Shown: positions 36,405 through 48,640 of the stretch, one piece after another | Layout of the letters: each line of letters begins with the position of its first letter | Numbering within the stretch: the stretch's first letter is position 1 | Origin: Octopus bimaculoides | Lineage: Eukaryota | NCBI RefSeq assembly: GCF_001194135.2 | Contig: NC_068981.1 | Coordinates: forward strand, 87,395,069-87,459,068 | Direction: 5' to 3' | Length of the DNA stretch: 64,000 nucleotides | Made by a program: the position numbers and the translations under genes | The notes under the pieces: generated by a model | The model's input: only the letters and a program-made list of their open reading frames with translations | What the model was told of the DNA's origin: nothing | Databases searched by the model: none

Positions 36405-37620
36405 AGTGTCTGCAGTGCCAGTACTCATACCAACATTTAGGCCACTTGATGGAAACCTTGATGAGATCCGGGGCATTGATGTGAAAATCCGGAAGATACT
36501 AACAAGCACACATAATTTCCACATCAACAGCGACGTTGACCGTCTTTACCTAAAATGGAAACAAAGGGCAGAATCTTGATATCGATCCAGTTTGCTTTTG
36601 AGTGTCATATATCTTTTCATAACCAAGTGTCGAAGCGCATCCCTTGACCAAGTTTGCATACACGAAGCAGATAACATCATGAGACTTCGAAAGCAGCTCC
36701 TTGAACAGCATTCTTTGTCTGATAACTTTGAATACATGCCCAGAGATGCCGCACGACTCTACCGCAACGTATCATCAGATGAAAGGATGAGCATATATCA
36801 GCAGAAGAGCATGCAAGGATATGTTAGCAAAAAGCTCCGGGATGATAGTAACATTGGTAATCAAAGCAGTCTGTCATGAACCAACAACCGGATTACTAAC
36901 ACTAACTTAGAAGGGTATGCGTTTGCAATCCAGGAACAAGAAATATCAACCATTTGGTTGATATTTCCTGTTCCTGGATTGCACAAGAGGAACAGAGACG
37001 CGGGAAAAACACCAAAATATGATAACCGATGCAGATTTAGTGGAGCTAACACCGAAGATTTCACCCACATCATAAGCAGTTATCCGAAAATGTCGTCGTA
37101 GTATTATCTACCGATGAAACATGATGTGGCTTAGACACTGTATAACGAGATCCATCGGAAGGATAACCCCCAAAGCCAAAGAAAAGAGAATCTACAGTAT
37201 GGTAGAGACCATAGCCACTCATAATGAGGAGTACTGCTGGAATGTCCCAGTGAAGACCTCAATAGAATGTAAACATAATAGACCTGACATTACTGATTAG
37301 GGATAGAGAAGAGAAACTGTGTACAGTGGTGGAAATCAGCTACCAGGCGGAGGTTAACATAAAGCTAAAGATCAGAGAAAAAGAGAATACCTACGCTGAA
37401 CTATTGAGTATTCTACAGTTGCTCTACCCAAATTACAAGTTCGGGTTTATACCTATAATTATTGACGCCCTGCCTAAGTACCAATCTTGGGAAATTAGGC
37501 TTCTCAAAACCAGAAAGGAGAAAGCTGATTCGAAGACTACAGATCCAAGCCATTACTGGAACTGTTAAAATCTATAAAATTTTCCAGAAGTTTATCATTT
37601 AAATATAGCAGCATGTCTAG
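36405..37620 (+). mobile_element. R4/Dong-like LINE, 3' region (post-RT, zinc knuckle and RLE), decayed
   Basis: IDVKIRKILT..HINSDVDRLY, EGYAFAIQEQEI, RCRF..TEDFTHIISS, KHNRPDI and TVVEISY..KIREKENTYAELL. Starts directly after a (TACA)n/(CA)n tract. Confidence 0.85.
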
Positions 37621-38037
37621 ACTTGTAACTTATGCATGAGAACATATACATAGAACAAAACATACACATCTACACATGCACTGACTCCAAATACAGCGGA
37701 CGCCCGCATATTTGCGGTTCGGCATTCGTGGTCCCGATTATTCGCGCAACGAAACCACCGCATATTTGCAGAATCATAAATATCGTCCGCGATTTTTTTA
37801 TGGCTCCTTTCGTAGGAGTATATATTTTTTCACACTTTTTAAGGCTAAATTATTAAGAACAATATACTGTATTTGCCGGCTTATTAGACGCCCCTTCGCA
37901 GCTGAAGCTGCATCACGTCACTTGATTATTCTAGATACAAGTACACTTTATCTTGTATCTCTTATTCCTGCCTTCAATCAAAGCTTGCTAATTACTATAG
38001 CGACATCTATGTATATTTCACACGTACACATTCTCTC

Positions 38038-38070
<33 letters not shown>

Positions 38071-39253
38071 ATGTGTGTGTAAATAGTTATTGCCAAGCTA
38101 ACCTGGCAGTCCAGAAAAATAGGACGAATGTTGCTGTTGATTAGCTCCAAGAGGCCATCGCCCCTAGCTAGCTATGTGACACACAAACCTGTGTCCATTA
38201 CAACTTTCGAACGGGGAGGGAGGGCATCAGCTTCCCCATGCTGGTTCAGACATCCACACACTAGTTTCAGGGTACTTGCCCTTTATCAATGTGGAGTTTT
38301 CTCTTTATTATAGGCATAAAGCCTGAAAAAGAAGAGACACCACAAGGACTAACACAAGACATGGGGTACATAGAACGTATTGTATGAAATATGAATTTAA
38401 TAAATAAAATGAAAAATGAAATGGCTTACCCACTCCCCAAAGCAAGCAGTTCCATTTTACTGTTCTAATTAATCATAATTTCATCAGTCTTTTTATACAA
38501 TCTTACATAACTCGCACGTATTCCAACAAGTCGTCAAACAATACCACGCTCGGCAATGTATCATACTGGAAACAGAAGTCCTGTTAGTTTCATTTCCGAA
38601 CCAAACAGTTCCCGCAGATTTAATGCTATTTCTCTTTCTCTCCAATAGTGCTGCTTTCGCGTCGCTGTGAAATAAATCTTCATCCAATTTTACTCTTGTT
38701 AAATTTTTTTACTTTTGCGATCTTTTTTCAATTTCTACATTCTTCTTATAAATCACCATCGTTCTTATATTGTCCTATCGGTTTCCTTCTATCTCACATG
38801 TGCGTTATTTTTTGTTTTACTCTCTCCTTCCACATTTCATATCTCTCTTTTTGACTCCTACTTGTTGTCGGCTCCGGTTCCGGGGTTCGCATTGCACTCT
38901 CTTCCTCTTTCTCTTGTTTTCGCCGCCTTTCATGAAAAAAAAAACGACAGCAAATTCCCATCACAATGTTCACCAAGAAGGTACATCCCCTAAAACACCT
39001 GAAGAGCTTTAAATTTTCTTTGCTGTGTAGTCATTACCTTCATCAACATCGTCTTAAATCATTATTATTCATTATTGGTGAGTAACCATACATTTTACTT
39101 TATTTTTTATTAAATTATTATCAAATATTTTATATATATATATATATAATTTTTCATAGAAAACCATGTAATCGTTACCAATATAGGAAGAGATTTCACC
39201 GCAAAAAAGTCTAAATTAGACTCCTTAGGAATCGTTCTCCTTGTTTATATATA

Positions 39254-39709
39254 TCCAGTTTTAAATTTAAAAGAGAGATTTCACGCTAATATCCATTATT
39301 ATTGTAATTTATTCCTATGTCAACATTTCTATATAAAACTATATTTGACCGTCAAATTTAAGTCAAACATATAAGTTGCCTTACACGTCTTCAGGGAATA
39401 CATTTGAGAACAAACAAAAATCAAGAATAGGAGATCAATAGCACATTTCTAGGTTTCGTCCATATTTAAATTTGTCGTTAAATGACGAAACCTAGAAATG
39501 TGCTATTGATCTCCTATTCTTGAATTTTGTTTGATTTTTGTTTGTTCTCAAAAGTATTCCCCGAAGACGTGTAAGGCAACTTATATGTTTGACTTAAATT
39601 TGACGGTCAAATATAGCTTTATACAGAAATGTTGACATAGGAATAAATTACAATAATAATGGATATTAGCGTCAAATCTCTCTCTTAAATTTAAATTTAA
39701 AACTTTGGA
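39254..39709. repeat. fold-back element (about 207/226-bp arms, 23-bp spacer) in TA-repeat context
   Basis: 39254-39460 is the reverse complement of 39484-39709, with a few substitutions and short duplications in the right arm. Confidence 0.95.
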
Positions 39710-39899
39710 TATATATATATATATATAACGTTATATTTTGACAGACATTTTTATGAACCATGTTTAATATTTGCAGTTTTTCATTATTCGCAGGTGCTCT
39801 AGGACCGTAACCACCGTAAATACCGGGGGACTACTGTACTGCACATATACAAAAATAGCTTGTTGTTATTGAAATTTTAATGAAGGAGACTTGGACGTA

Positions 39900-40380
39900 G
39901 GTTAGAAACTGGCTCTTTCTCTACTGACAAGAAATCTTGAAATAAAACTGAATGATATACATGGACCAGTTCACTGAGAAAATAGTACATAGGTATTTGG
40001 CACGTAAAACACAAGCCAAGCTTGGCATGGAGCATCAAGTTTCTGACCAGACACTCAAACGTCGAAAACATCCATACATTCATATATATTGAGATATCGT
40101 TTCTCAATCTATGAGCCTTCACAGAATGCAAGAATGGCTAAGTGCCATCACAAGATCCTACATAGACATTACTGATAAACTTTTTAAAATCAATATCAAC
40201 CAACATACTCACCTATTCCATAATCCCATTAGTCACACCACATCACCTTGATATTGAAATACCTCGGGTAACTTGCGAATCAAGTGTTGATTAACTTGAA
40301 AACAATTGCTAGGGCCAAATCTTATTCATTTAACCATGGTTTCTGTAACATATTCATTACCATTACTTACCACATCCTCT
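39900..40380 (-). mobile_element. possible CR1-type RT fragment (highly decayed)
   Basis: MLVDIDFKKF and HRLRNDISIYMNVWMFSTF resemble the RT region LDFxKAFD..GIxGxxxxWIxxFL. Confidence 0.4.
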
Positions 40381-40963
40381 TCTCTAGGAATCATGCTTGC
40401 ATGAGCTAGATAGAATTCATTGAGGTAGATTTTCTATGGCTGGATACCTTTCCTGTACCTAACCCTCACCTATTTCCAACGCTTTGCATGTAAGAAATGA
40501 GTAGCATCACTCATGATGATAATGGTCATTTAAAACCATGTTAGTTCAAGACAGGCAACATGCACATACACACACACACACACACGTATGCATAATTTTT
40601 ATACCTATTTTTCTATACTCACATAGGTTGGATGGTATTTTGTTGAGGCAAATTTTTTATGTCCAGTTGCTCTTCCAGTTGCCAACACTTACCTATTTCT
40701 AATTAAGATAACATTTCCTCATAACTAAAAATGTTTTCACAGAAGGTTGGGGACAAAGGACACTGCTTGCACAAGTGACACTCATTTACAACTTTCATGC
40801 AATGTCAAGGCAAGGAAGAAGTCATGCACATACACACTCACTCACACAGCACTTCCAGTTCCTGTCTATCAAATCTACTCATGAAGCTTTGGTCAGATGG
40901 GTCTAGAGTAGAACATACCCAAGATTCTCTTCAGTTTAACTGAACTTGAAAGCACATGGTTAG

Positions 40964-41248
40964 GTTGGCACCCCGTCGCGGGTTCCAGTTGATCCGATCA
41001 ACGGAACAGCCTGCTCGTGAAATTAACGTGCAAGTGGCTGAGCACTCCACAGATACGTGTACCCTTAACGTAGTTCTCAGGGAGATTCAGCGTGACACAG
41101 TGTGACAAGGCTGACTCTTTGAATTAGAGGCACAACAGAAACAGGAAGAAAGAGTGAGAGAAAGTTGTGGTGAAAGAGTACAGCAGGGTTCGCCGCCATC
41201 CCTTGCCGGAGTCTCGTGGAGGTTTAGGTGTTTTCGCTCAATAAACAC
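40964..41248 (-). mobile_element. SINE family A copy (5' end in gap)
   Basis: Reverse complement of the 3002-3672 family sequence. Confidence 0.9.
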
Positions 41249-41510
41249 NNNNNNNNNNNNNNNNNNNNNNNNNNNNNNNNNNNNNNNNNNNNNNNNNNNN
41301 NNNNNNNNNNNNNNNNNNNNNNNNNNNNNNNNNNNNNNNNNNNNNNNNNNNNNNNNNNNNNNNNNNNNNNNNNNNNNNNNNNNNNNNNNNNNNNNNNNNN
41401 NNNNNNNNNNNNNNNNNNNNNNNNNNNNNNNNNNNNNNNNNNNNNNNNNNNNNNNNNNNNNNNNNNNNNGAAGAAGAAAAAGCAAAACAAAAGTTACATT
41501 AAATAAAAGT

Positions 41511-41516
41511 TTTATT
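41511..41516 (-). terminator. candidate polyadenylation signal of CDCA7 (AATAAA)
   Basis: TTTATT on the plus strand, about 1.15 kb past the stop codon. Not confirmed by transcript data. Confidence 0.4.
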
Positions 41517-42664
41517 AAATATATATCATGTTTCAAAGTAACTATTTACAAGTGTGAATCTACGTATCTAAGTATACAATTTTACCTGAACTAGACTCCC
41601 ATAGAGTGGTTTCTAATATCAGAATTAGATACACAGAACAGTTTGTCAAAATAACACTGGGTAACAAATTTTTTTTCTTTTTTTTTTTTTTTCGTCTTTG
41701 ATCAGTGTTATTTCCTATTTGCTTCTATCTAGAAATCAAAGGAAAAGACTACTATTCCCTTCAGATTTTGCATTTGTGACTCAGACATCAATGTGTTGAA
41801 ATTAACCTATTTTCCATTACATTTAAGACAGATTCAGCACCAAGTTGCTGAAATAAAGATATCGTTATAGCAAATATTCTCCTCAATACCAGATTTGCTT
41901 GACCATAACCACTTGAGCATGTCTTTTAGTGGCTGATAATATGTACGTCTCTGATCATGAGCAGGAGAAGTGAGAGAGCATCATAGTCATGTATTGAGAG
42001 GGATTCTTTTGGGTTTGAACAAATGTAACAAAAGCTAAATTTGGAAGAAATACTAGCCATTTTTCATACTTCCAAAGGGTAAGCAAATAGGAAATAACAG
42101 TTGCTACCCAAGGACAAAATCGTGTTACACAGTATTGTAATTATTATTATTTTTTTTTTTGTTTTATAGATTAAAAGATAAAAATGGTAGAAGTTTAAAA
42201 TTCAGGCTTGAGAAGTCCACTTTTCTATTTAATGACAGGTGATAAATTTCTGAATGAGTGTTGTCAAATGACACCTTTGTTTTAAGGCAAATCATGAAGA
42301 ACCACTGTGTAACTGTTTTGTGTTGCACAGTATATTATGATGGCACTTCCTGGTAGTAGCAAAATTGGTATCAACAATAAAAGTACCAACACATGTCTAC
42401 ATGAAGAAGAAGTAAATGGCCTTTTTTTTTATCCTCACTATTTGCATGTATTCAAATATCAACTTATGAGGGGGTTCAAACGAATTCAACAAAATGTAAC
42501 ATGAACATCAAAGAAAGCAAAAAAACATTCAGTTAAGTCCTTTGACTAGCCCTCAGGAAAATGCAGTTAATTTTTCAAGGCAGCACTTCAAGTCTTTTAT
42601 CACAGTAAACTAATTATCTCATATTATGTTGGTTGTTCATAAGGCCATCAGTTGTACATGAATA

Positions 42665-42677
42665 TTATTTTCTCAAA
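42665..42677 (-). CDS. CDCA7: CDCA7 terminal coding exon (coding part)
   Basis: TTTTGTTTTTCTATTTTACAG|TTTGAGAAAATAA completes S-L-R-K-stop in phase 2. Confidence 0.75.
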
Positions 42678-45600
42678 CTGTAAAATAGAAAAACAAAATA
42701 ACTAAATCACTAGTAATTCATCAAAATTTATCTAAATCATATTAGATAGTCTGTGTATTTGATAAGTACACTGAACTTTATTACACTACAAGCAGAAATA
42801 CCCGGCTTTGCCCGGGTTAAAGAGAATAATGAAATCTAAAAACGCCGTCTAGACTACGCAACCCTCAACTGTTAGTAGCTACGATACCATATTTCTACCT
42901 TAATAACTCTCCAATCCATGCCAGCATGGAACATAGACATTAAGTGGAATGCCAGTCTCTCATCTAGGAGGGCCTTGAAATCAATGTTACCAACTGGGGA
43001 CTATGTGTGTGTCGCAGTGATAATAAAAAGACCCAAAGGAGGTCTGCAACGAAATAATTTTACTCAACACTTTGCAAGTGAATCAGTGGAGGCAAAGATG
43101 CGTCTCATTTACTTGATANNNNNNNNNNNNNNNNNNNNNNNNNNNNNNNNNNNNNNNNNNNNNNNNNNNNNNNNNNNNNNNNNNNNNNNNNNNNNNNNNN
43201 NNNNNNNNNNNNNNNNNNNNNNNNNNNNNNNNNNNNNNNNNNNNNNNNNNNNNNNNNNNNNNNNNNNNNNNNNNNNNNNNNNNNNNNNNNNNNNNNNNNN
43301 NNNNNNNNNNNNNNNNNNNNNNNNNNNNNNNNNNNNNNNNNNNNNNNNNNNNNNNNNNNNNNNNNNNNNNNNNNNNNNNNNNNNNNNNNNNNNNNNNNNN
43401 NNNNNNNNNNNNNNNNNNNNNNNNNNNNNNNNNNNNNNNNNNNNNNNNNNNNNNNNNNNNNNNNNNNNNNNNNNNNNNNNNNNNNNNNNNNNNNNNNNNN
43501 NNNNNNNNNNNNNNNNNNNNNNNNNNNNNNNNNNNNNNNNNNNNNNNNNNNNNNNNNNNNNNNNNNNNNNNNNNNNNNNNNNNNNNNNNNNNNNNNNNNN
43601 NNNNNNNNNNNNNNNNNNNNNNNNNNNNNNNNNNNNNNNNNNNNNNNNNNNNNNNNNNNNNNNGTGATTGTTTCAGTTAGTAGAATAGTTTCATTTTTAA
43701 AGTGAAAGTATTTGACATGAGTGTTTTTGTTTCACTTTTGACACGTAATACTTAAATAGTGGAGGAGATATTATGTTGCCGTGGGCTCGAACTCTGCAAG
43801 AAGTTAAATTTTTTTTTTTACTAAAACACAACTGGAACCCTAAGTAAGGCATGTGTAAAATTTGAATGAAATTGGTTGTGTAGTTCTCGAGTTTTAGGGA
43901 TTCACACACACAGACAGACAGACAGACAGACAGACACACATTCTCATTTTTATATATATAGATAGATACTTACCATCTAAGTACACATTTCAGAACTTAA
44001 TTTGGATTGCTTTAGAACAAGCATGAGGAACCTTTTTTTTGAGAAGCGAGTCGCATGAGACATGGCTCATCATCAGATGGGTCACAAGTGCTAATTTACA
44101 TCCGTACCCACATTAAAAAAAAAGGGTGGTAACTCAGGTTGCTATGATTCGTTTCTTTAGAATTCATACAAATTTCCTCAATCATAAAAATGATAGAAAG
44201 ATAAATTATGACTAAAAGGTTGGGGTAGAAAAATCAGAAAGATTTCACTTTCATTTAATCGTAGATTTTATTATTCTGATATGTAAATTAGTGCCAAAAA
44301 TCATTCCCCATAGAAAAGAATTATTATGAACATTTGTTTTTGAAGCAAAACATGTGAATATTCACCAATATTTTTAAATATCATACTTAATCATTGTTAT
44401 GTATGTGATTTAGTTGAACCATTTCAAGCTATGGTACCTGGGGAAAATGCTTAAAAAATGTAAATAAACAATTTTAAAAAATGAAAATTATTTGTGCATT
44501 TAACATTACATGTTATCTATGATTAAAGGAAAGAAACTAAAGAAAAAAAAAAACAAATTGAAAAACAAATTAATTTGATCTGAAGTATAACAACCAGAAA
44601 TCAAAGGAAAAAAAAGTAGCATAGACAAGGAAAATAGTTCAACTAAGCCACACACAATGACTAAAACACTGCTTAACAAAATACAGACAAGTAAGATCAT
44701 ATTTATCCATTTGTTATTGATGTTAATAGGAATAATTTCCTCACAAATTTTAATGAGAAACCTGGTATTGTACATTTTCTATGAGTTTCTCAATATTTAC
44801 AGGAATTTGCAATGTTGCAACTCATAAATAGCCTTCCAAGTGACTATCAGTCAATCTTGACCTGGTTTTCAACTTTATTATTTTCATTCTAGAAAAGAGT
44901 TGTTTGCATATATATATATACGTACTACCAAACATGGTGGCATATCTTCCAGCAAAGCACACTAATTTCGGGTGGTTTTCTTTGGGCAGAGTTCCATAAA
45001 AATGCATCAAAGATTGCTCTTCAAATTTTTGCCAAAGAAATTCATCACTCTCAAGCTCAATTAGACCCATTTGCAATTCCTTTTGAACATTTTCAACATC
45101 ACCATTAAAAGGATTTCCAAAAGGATGAAAATCAGTTTCTCTAGCTCTAAAGTCATTAAATCTGGTGTTCAGTTCTTTTTTTCAGCTCATTTAGCTCCAC
45201 AACAAAATCATCATATCTAGACATTGAGCCATGAATGGCTAGTATGAGGAAATGGAAAGCATCACCAGTCCTGAATTGATTCTCCCAAATTTGAAGTTTT
45301 GTTTGAAAAGCTTTGACATGAGAATACATTGCATAAATTAACTGATTTTACTTCTGCAATTTTAAATTTAAATCATTTAAATGTGTAGTTATATCCACGA
45401 GGAATGCAAGGTCACAAATTCCATTGCTTGTTGTGGCATAATTTCTACAGCTGGATGCCCTTCCTAATGCCAACCACTGGGTGCTTTTTATGTGGCACCA
45501 GTACCAATGCTTTTAATGTAGTACTAACAAATATATGTTTTTAAAAATATATCACCTACCTTTTTAGATAATCACTGACATTGGAAAACCCCATATCACG

Positions 45601-46364
45601 AGCATGGTGTATCATTCTACCAGTACATGCACGCCCCTTCTTCCTTCGGCAGAAACTGCAGTTACAGATACCTCGACAAGGTGGACACACCCAGTTCTAG
45701 TTAAACAGATTGAATATAAATATATCAGAGAAAAAAGAAAACAAATGCTGCATTATGACTAACTTTTATTCTAACAATTATTCTAAAATATTTGGTTCTG
45801 AATTCTATCTACCAATTTTCTCTACCCACTCAGTTTCAAACTTTCTTTCAGACCAAAATAGTCAACTATAGAATTGAATATTGGAATAACTTCTATTCAA
45901 GTATTTAATTGGGTTTAGTAATCTTAGTATATGTCACTAGTTCTCACAGAGTTTATCAGCGCCTTACATTTTATTTTTATTATATTCTGATGGCTTTAAA
46001 AGGGCGCATTTATTATTATTATACACACACACACACATATATACTCAAACACATACATACATATATGTACATATATACATCTATATATACATGCATATAT
46101 ACATATATCTATGTATATATATGTGGAGGCGCATGGCCTAGTGGTTAGGGTGTCAGCACCATGGTCATAAGATTGTGGTTTCGATTTGTGGACCGGGCGA
46201 CGCGTTGTGTTCTTGAGCAAAACTCTTCATTTCACGTTGCTCCAGTCCACTCAGCTGGCAAAAATGAGTAACGTTGCAATGGGCTGGCGTCCCGTCCAGC
46301 TGGGGAACACATACGCCATTGAAACCGGGCCCATGAGCCTGGCTAGGCTTTAAAAGGGCGCATT

Positions 46365-46423
<59 letters not shown>

Positions 46424-48607
46424 AATATACCGCCGGTTAACTAGCTAAACAGGGAAACACATGGAAGTCATGCTAATAACTAACTACAAGACTTCAGATT
46501 CAACCTCCTCTATTCTTCAACTACCTCACAATGAAATTAATGAACTTTGAACATAACTAAAATGTAAGACTTTTGAATCATTGAACTTTTTCTTTTCCAA
46601 TTTCTCCATCTATCTTTCACTCTATTCCCCTCTGTGTCTATCTCTTCCTTCTTCGTTCTGATGATGTCTACCATTTGCAATGAGGTAAACACCTATTTAC
46701 CACAACTATGGTACACAGAAACCCTAACCTTGCTTGATTAGTTAAATAATGGCTTTTAGCACAACAGATACACTTCTATTTGTTGCTTTTCCTCCATTTT
46801 CTTATCTTCTATATATATACATCAAACTATGGTTTACCTCGTAAATTACCTGCTGCTGTATACCTTACACCAAAGACCATACTTACTGAGGTAAATACCA
46901 GGCGTGCCTCCAGATACTTCTATCTCTTAGAGGGCTAACACCTCTAACTTATACCTTATATACATACATATATACATCCATATATATGTATGCAACTGCT
47001 CTAGAAAGTATTGCATAGTGTGGAATATCAGATCAGGTGTAAAATAAAATTATCAAGTGAAAAAGTACCTGAACTTATAGCTCAGAAGGTTAGGAAAACT
47101 GGAGTTTGGATGTGACTAAAATTTTATATTTTCTTATCTTTCTGTAGTTGAAGGACTGTTACTATTGTCAGTTTTATGAGACATTTGTGCAAGCAAAAAG
47201 TTCTATTCTATATATCAAATGTGAACTGTAGGTGTACAAAAGATGCAAAAACATCTACCTGGCAGACTGAAATAAATAAATGACTTTTATAACTTGCAGG
47301 TGCACTAGACTGCTGCCAACTAAGAGGTTTTCTCTCTCTCTAAATGAAGAGTCTTGTGTACAAAATGCAATATTATGATAATGAAACATGAGTAATAAAT
47401 ACAGAGGATATATAACCTAGAAAGAAATGAGGTGAGCATACACTACTGGATGTATAATGTTAGTATGCATGAATGATGGAGTATAAATGAGCTAAAAGGA
47501 AAACTGAGCAGAGAGGAGACTTCTAACTTGTATATGTACGTTTCTAATGGCCATGTAGAAGTGAAATGATGGCATTAATATCCCATTGAAACAAAGAGAG
47601 GCATTAAAATCTGAGTTTTTACCAAGTCATATAATGGCTACGCAAATAAAATACTGAATAAACAAATCTATGTCCTGAAATAAACTCAGTGGCAGGTCAA
47701 CAATGGACTATGTAAACCTGTATTTTTTAGGTTAACTTTTACTTTTAGGGATTTAAAAAATTTTTTTTTTTTTTATTTGGATTTTATTCTTAAAATGTTG
47801 GCAGAAAGAGACATTCATTTGGGAAAGCAGTATGAGCTAGGTTTAAAAAAATAATAAAGCTAGGTTAAAAAAATAAAGCGACAACAAGTAGCACCAAAAT
47901 GGTCACCTTGTTAACACAATATTCATAGACAAGAAGATTTTAAACAAGTTATCTATAATACAANNNNNNNNNNNNNNNNNNNNNNNNNNNNNNNNNNNNN
48001 NNNNNNNNNNNNNNNNNNNNNGATTTTATTCTTAAAATGTTGGCAGAAAGAGACATTCATTTGGGAAAGCAGTATGAGCTAGGTTAAAAAAAATAAATAA
48101 AGCTAGGTTAAAAAAATAAAGCGACAACAAGTAGCACCAAAATGGTCACCTTGTTAACACAATATTCATAGACAAGAAGATTTTAAACAAGTTATCTATA
48201 ATACAAATAAAACTGTAACCAGGCAACAGAAAAGTGGTAAACTGGAGAAAGTTATCTCATTCACAATAATCTCTCAAAATAGAATAACTTGTTAATGCTT
48301 GTAGCACTTATTCCGTAAATTTTTTGTATAAATTCCTTTCAATCTTAACACAGGAACAATTTTCCTGATAAGCAAATTTTTATTTTGCTCTATTTCACTA
48401 GTAACTTATTATATACACATATATCCTATCTTTTACTTGCTTCAGTTGCTAGACTGCAGCCATGCTGGAGCACTGCCTTAAAGGATTTTTAGCCAAACAA
48501 ATCAACTCCAAAATTTATTTCGGCCTAGTACTTATTTTATCAGTATCTTATGGGAGATGTAAACACACCAAGAGCAGTTGTCAAGTGGTGATGGGGAGAC
48601 AAAGGCA

Positions 48608-48640
<33 letters not shown>

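Noticed and set aside
39365-39400. CTGAAGA plus a GCAA-capped stem in the 39-kb fold-back as a hammerhead
   Set aside because: No GAAA follows stem II, and no consistent stem I or stem III could be built.
46430-46700. Possible Penelope 3' remnant with CTGATGA at about 46659
   Set aside because: I could not recover a GIY-YIG motif, and the motif lacks stem II and GAAA.
47775-48205. About 185-bp near-identical direct repeat
   Set aside because: It straddles an N gap and differs only in homopolymer lengths, so it is probably an unmerged haplotype or contig overlap.
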